Assembly (NCBI GenBank): GCA_963745075.1
Contig: CAVUWV010000012.1
Location: forward strand, 32,001-96,000
Length of the DNA stretch: 64,000 nucleotides
Direction of reading: 5' to 3'
DNA from: Candidatus Hydrogenedentota bacterium
GTDB taxonomy: Bacteria > Hydrogenedentota > Hydrogenedentia > Hydrogenedentales > SLHB01
Positions 1-9,250 of the stretch are shown in pieces (the stretch's first letter is position 1; every line of letters starts with the position of its first letter). The notes below the pieces were generated by a model. That model did no database searches. It worked only from the letters and a program-made list of their open reading frames with translations, and had not been told where the DNA came from. Both the position numbers and the translations under genes were made by a program.

Positions 1-117
1 TCGCAACTGCAAGGCGGTAATTCCGGGTGTTGTTTGCCGCGACTGTGTGACGGGCGAACTCTGTGTCCCGGTACCGATCGATGATAAACCGTATTGGTCT
101 TGGGGAGATTGTCTGCC

Positions 118-1491
118 ATGTATCGCATCGACGCCAATAAATCGGTCCATTTCTGCGACGGCATGAGCCGGCGGGATTTTCTCCACGCGGGCGCCCTGGC
201 CACCCTCGGGCTGACGCTGCCGGGGTTTCTGGGTCTCAAATCGGCCGGTGCAGTTTCGCCGGATAAAGACATCAACTGCATCTTTCTGTTTCTCGTCGGC
301 GGACCCAGCCAGCTTGATACGTTCGACATGAAACCGGACGCCCCGGCCGAGATCCGCGGTCCGTACAAGCCGATTCCAACCAACAATCCGGACATTCAGA
401 TCTCCGAGATCTTCCCGAAGCTGGCAAGCCATGCCGACAAGTTTTCGATCGTCCGGACGCTCTATCACAAGGCCGCGGGGGTTCATGACACCGGCCATCA
501 GATGATGCAGACGGGACGGCTGTTTCAGAACGGTATGGAGTTTCCGCACGCGGGCTGTGTATACGGGTATCTACGGGGCGGACAGAACGACATGCCGCCG
601 CACGTGCTGATGCCGCGACCCATCGGGCCGACGGGGGGCAACATGCCGCACGGGCAGACGGCGGGGTTTCTGGGCAAGTCGCACGATCCCTTCATTCTGA
701 ATGCCGACCCGGATAAACCGGACTTCAAGGTCCCCGACCTGTTGCCGCCGGACTACATTTCGTCGATGCGCATCGATCGGCGTCGCAAGTTGCGCGACAT
801 CGTGGACCAGTCCGTGGCACAACTTGAGGCAAACCCCGACGCGCGGCTGCTGGACGAGAATTTTCAGCAAGCCTACACGCTCATGTCGTCCGAGGCGGCG
901 CGGGAGGCGTTCGAGTTGAACCAAGAGCCGGAGGTGTTGCGCCAGGCGTACGGGATGAACAAGTTCGGTCAAAGTTGTCTGCTGGCGCGGAGACTCATCG
1001 AGCGCGGCGTGCGCTTTTGCACGGTCAACATGTTTGAGACTGTATTTAACGAAATTACGTGGGACATTCATGGCTCGGCGCCGTTCAGTCCTATCGAATG
1101 CTACAGCGACCTGGTGGGGCCCATGCTCGATTTCGGGCTCAGCTCGTTGCTGGAAGATCTCAAGCAACGGGGCATGCTGGACACCACCATGATTGTGGCT
1201 ATGGGCGAGTTCGGACGGACGCCAAAGATCAACCCGGCAGGTGGACGCGATCACTGGCCGCAAGTCTGGTCCATACTCATGGCCGGCGGCGGGATCCAGG
1301 GCGGTCGAATCGTCGGGAAGACGGACGACATTGGGGCGTTTCCCGTGGAAAGACCGACGACGCCCGCAGAGGTGGTGGCGACCGTGTATCACTGCCTGGG
1401 CATCGATTTGGAAACGGAACTTCCCGGACCGGGCAAACGGCCGATTCCGGTCGTGGACTACGGTACGAAACCGATTTTGGAATTGGTGTGA
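118..1491 (+). CDS. DUF1501 family protein with Tat-like signal
   Basis: ATG at 118 follows GGGGAG. Has SRRDFL twin-arginine-like motif, GGPSQLDTFDMKP, LLARRLIERGVRF, WDIH and MGEFGRTPKIN..GGRDHWP, all typical of DUF1501. Confidence 0.9.
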   Translation: MYRIDANKSVHFCDGMSRRDFLHAGALATLGLTLPGFLGLKSAGAVSPDKDINCIFLFLVGGPSQLDTFDMKPDAPAEIRGPYKPIPTNNPDIQISEIFPKLASHADKFSIVRTLYHKAAGVHDTGHQMMQTGRLFQNGMEFPHAGCVYGYLRGGQNDMPPHVLMPRPIGPTGGNMPHGQTAGFLGKSHDPFILNADPDKPDFKVPDLLPPDYISSMRIDRRRKLRDIVDQSVAQLEANPDARLLDENFQQAYTLMSSEAAREAFELNQEPEVLRQAYGMNKFGQSCLLARRLIERGVRFCTVNMFETVFNEITWDIHGSAPFSPIECYSDLVGPMLDFGLSSLLEDLKQRGMLDTTMIVAMGEFGRTPKINPAGGRDHWPQVWSILMAGGGIQGGRIVGKTDDIGAFPVERPTTPAEVVATVYHCLGIDLETELPGPGKRPIPVVDYGTKPILELV

Positions 1492-1493
1492 CG

Positions 1494-3953
1494 ATGCGCG
1501 TGGGCCGATATTTGTTTGGGTTGTGTGGTGTCATTTGCATCGCGGCGGCAACGGCCGCGAACGCGGCCGATGACTTGGCAATTCTCCCCGGAGAGGTTGC
1601 GCTCACATACAACGGCGCCGTTCACTCGCTGATCGTCGAGCGTAAGGTGGGGGACGACTGGCGCGGCGACCTCACGGGTAGCGCGACGTTCACTTCCTCC
1701 AATCCCGAAGTCGTTACGGTCGACCCGGCGGGAATCGTTCATGCCGCGAGCAATGGCGAGTCGATCATCACGGCTAAAGTAAATGACCGCGAAGTCACAG
1801 CCCACGTGACCGTGACCGGCGCCGACACGCCTTACGTGCAAAGTTTTCGCAACCACGTGCAACCCTTGCTGTTCAAAATGGGGTGTAACACGGGGGCTTG
1901 TCATGGTGCGGCTGCCGGAAAGAACGGGTTCAAGTTGTCGCTACGGGGGTTTGACAGCGATTGGGACCACAAGGTTCTGACACGACAGGCCAACGGACGC
2001 CGCCTGTCCCCGGGAGATCCTGCGCAGAGCCTCATTCTCTTGAAACCCACGATGCAAATACCGCACGCGGGGGGAGAGCGTTTTCCGAAGGATTCCGAGG
2101 CGTATCGAATACTGCTGGACTGGATCGAAGCGGGCGCTCCGACCGCAGGCAAGGACGATCCGGTGGTTACCGGAATCGTGATTCTACCCCAGTCCGTTAC
2201 CCTTCCAAATGAGGCCCATCAGCAGCTTTTGGTCCGCGCCCGGTACAGCGACGGCAGCTATGAGGATGTGACCCGCTGGGTCAAATTCAGTACGACGGAC
2301 GACTCGGTTGCCGCGGTTGATGACCAAGGCAAAGTTGCCATTACGGGTTCGGGCGCGGCGTCGATCACGGTTTACTACGCAAGCAAGGTTTCATCTGCGC
2401 GCATCATCGTGCCGCGTGCCAAAAAGGTAGATGCGGTCATCTATGCGAAGGCGGATCGGCGGAATTACATCGACGATCTTGTGCTCCAGCAATTGGAGCG
2501 ACTGCAGATTACACCCGCGGCCGAAACGAGCGACACGAATTTCATTCGTCGCGCCACGCTGGACGCGATTGGTATGTTGCCCACCCCGGAGGAGGTCTCC
2601 ATGTTCGTGCTCGACCCGGATCCCAACAAACGGGACCGGCTCGTCGATCGGCTGTTGAACCGGCCGGAGTTCGTGGATTATTGGTCGTACAAGTGGTCCG
2701 ACCTCCTCCTGCTTTCTTCCAAAAATCTGCCTCGGCGGGAAGAGCTGAACGCGTTTTACCGGTACATCCGCAAGAACGTAGAGGCCAACACCCCGTGGGA
2801 TGAATTCGTACGCGATATCGTGACGGCCCAGGGCAGCACGCTCGAAAACGGCGCAGCCAATTATTTCGTCATGCACAAGGAAACCGTCGATCTCGCGGAA
2901 ACAACGTCGCAAACGTTCCTCGGATTCTCTGTTACCTGCGCGCGGTGTCACAATCACCCTCTCGAGAAATGGACCCAGGACGACTACTACGGAATGGCGA
3001 ACCTGTTCTCGCGGGTGAAATTCAAGAACGGGCGGCGGGGCAACGACACGGAAGTTATCAATGCGTCTTTTGGCGACATCATCCATCCTCGTTTGGGGAA
3101 GGCCGTCGCGCCGCGGCCCCTCGATGGTGAGGCCATCCCGAAGGACGGGTCCGTCGATCGGCGGGAATACCTGGCCGAGTGGATCACGTCTCCTGACAAC
3201 CCCTATTTCACCAAGGCCATCGTCAACCGCGTCTGGGCAAATTTCATGGGGCGGGGGCTGGTGGAGCCAATCGACGACCTGCGCTTGACGAATCCACCGT
3301 CCAATCCGGATCTGCTCGATGCGTTGGCGAGCGATCTTGTCGACCACGAGTACAACCTCAAAGAACTGATGCGGACAATCATGGAATCGGCGGCGTACCG
3401 CCGTTCTTCGCAGCCGGCGGACCCGGAGGCGCCCGACAACAAACACTACTCGCAGTACATCGTGCGGCGGCTGAGCGCGGAGGTAATCCTGGACGCCTAT
3501 TCGCAGGTGACCGGCGTGCCCACGAAGTTTGACGGGTATCCCGAAGGATTCCGGGCGCTGCAATTGCCGGATTCACAGGTGGGTTCCTATTTCCTGACGG
3601 CGTTCGGACGCCCCGAGCGCAAACGGGCGTGTTCGTGCGAGCGAACCGCCGATTCGAGTGTCGCGCAGACGTTGCACGTGGCGAATGGCGACACCTTGAA
3701 CGGAAAGCTTCGCGACGACCGATCGATTGTGGCGAAACTGGCCGGCGAACAGGCAGACGATGAAAAGTCGTTGGATACCCTGTATATGCTTGCGCTTTCC
3801 CGCATGCCGCGACCCGAGGAGCGCGATGGAGCCTTGGCGGTTCTGGACTCGGTTCCCAAAGACGGACCAGATTGTGCGGTCCAACGCCGGGCCGTCCTCG
3901 AAGATCTCAGTTGGGCATTGCTCTCGGGCAAGGAATTCTTGTTCACACACTAA
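1494..3953 (+). CDS. DUF1549/DUF1553 protein with Ig-like (Big_2) domains
   Basis: True start is ATG 1494 (MRVGRY), just after the upstream TGA. Signal peptide, CNTGACHG, CARCHNHP, IVNRVWANFMGRGLVEP, RRLSAEVILDA and a C-terminal KEFLFTH. Confidence 0.9.
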   Translation: MRVGRYLFGLCGVICIAAATAANAADDLAILPGEVALTYNGAVHSLIVERKVGDDWRGDLTGSATFTSSNPEVVTVDPAGIVHAASNGESIITAKVNDREVTAHVTVTGADTPYVQSFRNHVQPLLFKMGCNTGACHGAAAGKNGFKLSLRGFDSDWDHKVLTRQANGRRLSPGDPAQSLILLKPTMQIPHAGGERFPKDSEAYRILLDWIEAGAPTAGKDDPVVTGIVILPQSVTLPNEAHQQLLVRARYSDGSYEDVTRWVKFSTTDDSVAAVDDQGKVAITGSGAASITVYYASKVSSARIIVPRAKKVDAVIYAKADRRNYIDDLVLQQLERLQITPAAETSDTNFIRRATLDAIGMLPTPEEVSMFVLDPDPNKRDRLVDRLLNRPEFVDYWSYKWSDLLLLSSKNLPRREELNAFYRYIRKNVEANTPWDEFVRDIVTAQGSTLENGAANYFVMHKETVDLAETTSQTFLGFSVTCARCHNHPLEKWTQDDYYGMANLFSRVKFKNGRRGNDTEVINASFGDIIHPRLGKAVAPRPLDGEAIPKDGSVDRREYLAEWITSPDNPYFTKAIVNRVWANFMGRGLVEPIDDLRLTNPPSNPDLLDALASDLVDHEYNLKELMRTIMESAAYRRSSQPADPEAPDNKHYSQYIVRRLSAEVILDAYSQVTGVPTKFDGYPEGFRALQLPDSQVGSYFLTAFGRPERKRACSCERTADSSVAQTLHVANGDTLNGKLRDDRSIVAKLAGEQADDEKSLDTLYMLALSRMPRPEERDGALAVLDSVPKDGPDCAVQRRAVLEDLSWALLSGKEFLFTH

Positions 3954-3995
3954 GGGCCGGCAAGGGACCGGCCGGTTTGGAAAAGGGGTTAACGG

Positions 3996-6900
3996 ATGTT
4001 GTCAGTCTTGTCCACCTTCCGTTTCGCTGCGGCTGGTAGCGTCGCGGCGGCTACATTCGTGCTTAGCGCACCCGCGCATGCGGAGCCGGTCGATTTCACT
4101 CGGGATGTGCACCCCATCTTCCAGAAGAGTTGTTCGGGGTGTCATTTTCCAGAAGCGGAGTCGCTGAAGGCGAAGCTCGACTTGTCGAAGGCGGAAACGG
4201 TGCTGGCCGGCGGAAAGAGCGGACCGGCCGTCGTCGCCGGTAAGGCGGACGAAAGTCTGTTGATCCGGCTTGTGGCGTACGCGGAGGAACCCCATATGCC
4301 GCCTGAAGGCAAGGGTGCACCGCTGACGCCGGATGCCATCGCCATTATTAAGCAGTGGATCAACGAGGGTGCGGTCGTGTCTACCCTGCCGGCCGCCGAA
4401 ACACCACCACCGGCCGCTGCGTCGGAAGCTCCGGCCCTGGCGGCTGCACCCATTTCGTCCCTGGCCTGGTCGCCGAAAGGAACCGAGCCGTTGCTGGCAA
4501 GTGGTTCGCTGCGCCACGTCGAAGTGTTCGCTCAGGATTCGGCGACGGGCACCCTGACACCGAAGTTTACCCTGGGAGGTCATGCCGAGATGGTCCGGGC
4601 CCTGGCCTTTTCGCCGGATGGTACGCTGCTCGCTGCGGCGGGCGGCAATCCTGGCAGGAACGGGGAAGTCAAGATTTGGAGTGTAGCCGACCATCGTTTA
4701 GTGCGCACCCTTGAAGGTCACAAGGACAACATTCTCGGGGTTGCGTTCAGTCCGGAAGGGCAGCGTCTGGCAACGTGCAGCTACGACAAGACGATTATTG
4801 TATGGAACGTGGAGACCGGCGAGGCGCTCCAGACGCTCAGCAACCATGTGGACGCAGTCTATTGCGTGGCGTGGAGCCCGGACGGTTCGACGATTGCCTC
4901 CGGCGCCGGCGACCGCACGGTAAAGATTTGGGATGCCGAGAGCGGAGCCCTGCGTGCCACGATATCCGATTCCCTCGACAGCGTTTTGACTCTGACATTT
5001 TCTCCGGACGGCAGCCAATTGGCAGGCGCAGGCGCCGACAAGATGATTCGGATTTGGGACATGCGAAAGTCCGACGGCCCGGTTCAACAGTCGGCCACCA
5101 CATCCGGCACCCTCTTGCGGTCGGCCTTTGCGCATGAAGGGGCAGTGTTGCACGTGGCCTATTCGCCAGATGGCGGCACGCTGTATTCAACGTCCGAAGA
5201 TTTGCGTATCAAAGCGTGGGATCCCGCAACGCTGGAAGAAAAGCTGGTGTTCGAACCGCAATCCGACTGGGTCACCGCGCTCGCGGTCAGTCCCGACGGG
5301 GCCTATTTGGCGGCGGGGCGTTACGACGCCACGAGTGACGTGTACGTCGCGGAGACCGGAAGGCCGGTGGGTGGTGACACCGCACCCGAGAAGCAGGACG
5401 TCGCCCAGGCAAAGGCTCCATCGGAGCAGGTCGAAGCGAAACCCAAGAAGGTTACGAGTCTTAGCGTCGAAGCCGTGATCATCGAAGCGACTGTCCCGCC
5501 GTCCATTTCGTCGATTACCCCCGTTCGTTGGCAACGGGGTTCCGAAGTCGAAGTAACGGTCAACGGCAAGAACCTTGACCAAGCAGAACCGATCGTCACA
5601 AATGGGAGAATCGCCGTCGAGGTATTGGAACGGGAAGCGCTTCCGGTGCCGGACCTGAAACTGGGGGAGGGGCCGCGCGGCACGGGAGCGGATATTATCG
5701 ACAACGCACAACCGTACCGGCTGAGGTTGAAGTTCGCCATCGCAGAGGATGCCCCGGTCGGACGGCATGAGTTGATGTTTCGCACACCCATCGGCATGTC
5801 CAACGCGACCCCCTTCGACGTGCTTGCGGCGGCGGATGTTGGAGAAGCCGAACCGGATGCCACCGATGCGGAACCTCAGGCGGTCGAATGGCCCACGGTC
5901 ATTGTTGGACAAATCGGCAAGCCGGGGGACGTGGATCGGTATCGGATCAATGCCAAAGCCGGTCAGGAGATCGTGTGCGCCGTGACCGATACCAGTCTCG
6001 ATACGAAAATGCGATTGCTGGATGCCGCCGGGAACGAGCTTGCGGCAAGTCGTGATTTCGGCAGCCTTACAAACGACCGGCTCGGATACCGGGTTGCGTC
6101 CGACGGGGAGTACATCATCGAATTGACTGATGCCGATCTACGGGGCGGTCTTGGCTATCGGCTGCATATTGGACTGTTCCCCATGGTGACGGAGGTGTGG
6201 CCCTTGGGCGTGCGTGCGGGCGAGCCTCAGTCGGTTCAAGTGGCCGGCTTCAATCTGGGAACGAATTCTATCGAAGTCGATCCCCCCGATGAGGTTCGGT
6301 ACGACGACACGATGCCACTGCCGGTTCCGTGGATGGAAGGCAGTCCGATTGGCGCACCCGCGCTGGCGGTGGGGTCCTACGACGAGGCTGTGGAGACTGA
6401 GCCAAACAACGATGCGGCGACGGCACAGCCGGTTCCGTTCCCCGAAACCGTCAATGGGCGCATCGCGTCAGACACGGACCAGCAAGATCTCGACGTGTAT
6501 CGCTTTCCGGCCAAGAAAGGCCAAAAGATCATCCTGGAGACGAATGCAGCGAATCTTGGATCGCCGCTGGATTCCGTTATCGAGGTGCTCGACTCGTCGG
6601 GCAATCTTCTCGAACAGGGGGTGGTGCGTTGCGTTGCCGAAACCTTCATGACCTTGTCCCCACGCGACTCGCGCTCGGCGGGCCTGCGACTTGCCGTATG
6701 GCGGGACCTGCGGCTGAACGACGAAGTCATGGTGGGCGGGGAAATTCTCCGCGTGAAGAAAATCCCCGATTACGCGGACGAGGACGTCGTATTCCGGTCG
6801 TACCCGAACGGACAGCGCGTCGCCTATTACGCAACCACACCCGAGCATCACGCGGTCTATTCGAAGGTCTACAAAGTGGAAGTGCATCCTCCCGGAACGA

Positions 6901-7790
6901 CGTTTCCCCCGAACGGCATGCCCGTATTTCCCCTTTATTGGCGGAATGACGACGGATTCTCGCCGAACGGCGACACAGGCGGAGACTCCCGGCTGGAGTT
7001 TGTGGCGCCGGAAGATGGGGAGTATCTCGTGCGCGTGAGCGATGCCGCCGGCGCCGAAGGCGATGCGTACGCGTACCGGTTGACCCTGCGTTCGCCGGAA
7101 CCGGATTTCGACGTGACGGCGGGACCATACCGCGTGAACATTGCGCAAAATGGCCGGGTTCCCATCGACGTACGTGTCCTGAGGCGGGACGGATTTGACG
7201 GTCCGGTGCGCGTTCAGTTCGAGGACTTGCCGCCGGGATTGACGATTGCGCATGCGGTCGTGAATGCGGGCGAAGACTTGGTGACGCTTGCCCTGAATGC
7301 GGGGCCGGAAGCAACGTCTACACCCTTCGATTCCCGATTCCGGTTGACCGCGCAGGCGGACATCGGCGGGGAGACGGTCGCGCGCGAGAGCGCCATCGGA
7401 CCGATCACGGTCAGCACGGTTCAGCCGGATCTGGTCGTGAATACGGATCGCCAGCAGTTGGCACTTGTTCCCGGCAAGGCGTCGACACTCTCCGTCAAAT
7501 TGGACCGCAACAACGGATTCACCAGCCGCGTTCCGATCAATGTGTTGAATCTTCCCTTTGGTGTTTACGTCATGAATACCGGATTGAATGGAATTCTCGT
7601 GCGGGAAGGGGAGTACGAGCGGACCATGGATATCTACGCCGAACCGTGGGTGACCGGCATCGACCAAACGATTTACGTGCAGGCGCAGATCGAAACGCAG
7701 TCACCCCTCAAGCCGGTGTTTCTTGGCGCCCCGATCGAACTGACGCTATCCGAACGTCTGGCGAAGAATAGCAACGATTCCGCACAGTAG
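3996..7790 (+). CDS. Planctomycete-type cytochrome c + WD40 propeller + PPC-like domain protein
   Basis: Signal peptide; VDFTRDVHPIFQKSCSGCH (CxxCH) ... MPP ... WINEGA; several GH...W(D/N) WD40 repeats; EPNND and DVDRYR PPC-type motifs. Confidence 0.85.
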   Translation: MLSVLSTFRFAAAGSVAAATFVLSAPAHAEPVDFTRDVHPIFQKSCSGCHFPEAESLKAKLDLSKAETVLAGGKSGPAVVAGKADESLLIRLVAYAEEPHMPPEGKGAPLTPDAIAIIKQWINEGAVVSTLPAAETPPPAAASEAPALAAAPISSLAWSPKGTEPLLASGSLRHVEVFAQDSATGTLTPKFTLGGHAEMVRALAFSPDGTLLAAAGGNPGRNGEVKIWSVADHRLVRTLEGHKDNILGVAFSPEGQRLATCSYDKTIIVWNVETGEALQTLSNHVDAVYCVAWSPDGSTIASGAGDRTVKIWDAESGALRATISDSLDSVLTLTFSPDGSQLAGAGADKMIRIWDMRKSDGPVQQSATTSGTLLRSAFAHEGAVLHVAYSPDGGTLYSTSEDLRIKAWDPATLEEKLVFEPQSDWVTALAVSPDGAYLAAGRYDATSDVYVAETGRPVGGDTAPEKQDVAQAKAPSEQVEAKPKKVTSLSVEAVIIEATVPPSISSITPVRWQRGSEVEVTVNGKNLDQAEPIVTNGRIAVEVLEREALPVPDLKLGEGPRGTGADIIDNAQPYRLRLKFAIAEDAPVGRHELMFRTPIGMSNATPFDVLAAADVGEAEPDATDAEPQAVEWPTVIVGQIGKPGDVDRYRINAKAGQEIVCAVTDTSLDTKMRLLDAAGNELAASRDFGSLTNDRLGYRVASDGEYIIELTDADLRGGLGYRLHIGLFPMVTEVWPLGVRAGEPQSVQVAGFNLGTNSIEVDPPDEVRYDDTMPLPVPWMEGSPIGAPALAVGSYDEAVETEPNNDAATAQPVPFPETVNGRIASDTDQQDLDVYRFPAKKGQKIILETNAANLGSPLDSVIEVLDSSGNLLEQGVVRCVAETFMTLSPRDSRSAGLRLAVWRDLRLNDEVMVGGEILRVKKIPDYADEDVVFRSYPNGQRVAYYATTPEHHAVYSKVYKVEVHPPGTTFPPNGMPVFPLYWRNDDGFSPNGDTGGDSRLEFVAPEDGEYLVRVSDAAGAEGDAYAYRLTLRSPEPDFDVTAGPYRVNIAQNGRVPIDVRVLRRDGFDGPVRVQFEDLPPGLTIAHAVVNAGEDLVTLALNAGPEATSTPFDSRFRLTAQADIGGETVARESAIGPITVSTVQPDLVVNTDRQQLALVPGKASTLSVKLDRNNGFTSRVPINVLNLPFGVYVMNTGLNGILVREGEYERTMDIYAEPWVTGIDQTIYVQAQIETQSPLKPVFLGAPIELTLSERLAKNSNDSAQ

Positions 7791-7806
7791 GCCCGTTATT
7801 GCCGAC

Positions 7807-9069
7807 CTACTGAAGTTGCTCCTCGGGTTCCCGGTATAGCCGTCCGATAGCCGCCTTGATGGCGCTCTGGGTCGCCATGACGGGTCGCACCGACCGATTG
7901 CTGGCGCGTTCCACGTCTTCAATGGCGATTACGTTCAAGGGGTCCACCATGGCGAGGACGAGCGCGTCGTCGGTGACGCGAACCGGCACGCACCGGTGCT
8001 GCGTGGCAATCTTCGGCGTGATGAGTGCGGCCGCAGCGGGATCGACACTTTCTTCATTCAAGTGGACGTAAAGGACGCGGTGTTGGGCCGCGACCGCCTG
8101 CGCGGCCACCTCTTCGGCAACGGCGCCCTGGGCGACCAGGATATCCGTAATCGAACGGTCCGGTTCCGCAAATTGTTCGGAGACGGCCGAATCAAGTTGT
8201 TCCTGCGTGATCACGCCGGCTTCCAGCAACATCTCACCGAGTTGCCGTTTTTGAACTTCCCGGTCCACCTTCGGCCGTTTGGGCGTGGTGATCCGGTCCA
8301 TTTCGATGGCCTTTTCTTCCGCTTGACGGCGGACGCTCTCCAATTCCGCTCGAAGGGACGCGAGTTCTCCACGTGCGGTTTCGGCATCGCGGAGCGCGTC
8401 GGCCAGTTGTTGGGCAATAATGGCTTTCGTGCCGTTCGCCGTCTCCGCCTTTAATTGCCCTTCGAGTTCATCGGCGCGTTGCCGTTCCGCCTCCAGTAGA
8501 CGCTCGGCGGCACCCACCTTCTCCGCGGACAGACGCAACGCCTCGATTTCGTCATTGGCCTGGTCCAACTCGGTTTGTAGCTCGGCAAGCGCTTGTTCGG
8601 CATCGGCGGACTGTGTCTGTTGTGTCCCGAACGCTTCGTTTTCGGAGCGAAGCCGGGACACTTCCGCCTCGAACTCGTGCAGGCGATCGTGGGTTTGCCC
8701 CAATTCGGCGTTGCGTTGCTCGAGGTCCCGGACCAATTCGTCCACCCGTCGCCGGCCGGCCTGATGGGCCTCGGTCTGTTCGGACAATTGCCGTTCGAGC
8801 TGTTCGATTCGTTCCTGTTTGCCCGATGCGCTGGCCATACCGTCCGCGAACGCGTCGCGAAGGGCGGCGAGATCCTCGAAAACACGCTTGCGGAGCGCAT
8901 CGTCCGCCAGCTTTCGGTTGCGTACCGTTTCGGCCAGGAGTTCCATGCGGCGGGTAAGCCGGGCCAGGTGGGATCCAATCTCCTGGTCGGTGGCCTTGAG
9001 TTGGGATTCGTTCTCAGACAGGGCGGTTTCGATCCTGGCACAGAACTCGTCAAGGAATTGGTCGCTCAT
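7807..9069 (-). CDS. Coiled-coil protein with C-terminal MshEN/T2SSE_N domain (no ATPase)
   Basis: About 250 aa of heptad E/Q/R/L-rich sequence, then RQLGEMLLEAGVITQEQLDSAVSEQ ... LVLAMVDPLN. No Walker motifs. Confidence 0.8.
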   Translation of the reverse strand: MSDQFLDEFCARIETALSENESQLKATDQEIGSHLARLTRRMELLAETVRNRKLADDALRKRVFEDLAALRDAFADGMASASGKQERIEQLERQLSEQTEAHQAGRRRVDELVRDLEQRNAELGQTHDRLHEFEAEVSRLRSENEAFGTQQTQSADAEQALAELQTELDQANDEIEALRLSAEKVGAAERLLEAERQRADELEGQLKAETANGTKAIIAQQLADALRDAETARGELASLRAELESVRRQAEEKAIEMDRITTPKRPKVDREVQKRQLGEMLLEAGVITQEQLDSAVSEQFAEPDRSITDILVAQGAVAEEVAAQAVAAQHRVLYVHLNEESVDPAAAALITPKIATQHRCVPVRVTDDALVLAMVDPLNVIAIEDVERASNRSVRPVMATQSAIKAAIGRLYREPEEQLQ

Positions 9070-9250
9070 GTTCGCTCCCGCTTCGTTCTTCCCCAGCCCC
9101 CCGCATTCGGGGGTTCCGCGTCAACCTTCCCCATTGGGACGGCGGTTAGCCAACCGCCTGCACAGTTTACCTGTCCCGATCCAATTATACACGATACTTC
9201 GAGTTGCGAAACCCATGTATCTCAATATCTTGTTCCGGGCGGTCGGAAGG

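Noticed and set aside
1059..1493. N-terminal extension of the 964-aa ORF
   Set aside because: It overlaps DUF1501 out of frame; the signal peptide begins at ATG 1494.
9120..9180. c-di-GMP-I riboswitch
   Set aside because: AGGTAAAC is present, but the GAAA tetraloop, GCAAA junction and receptor stem are missing.
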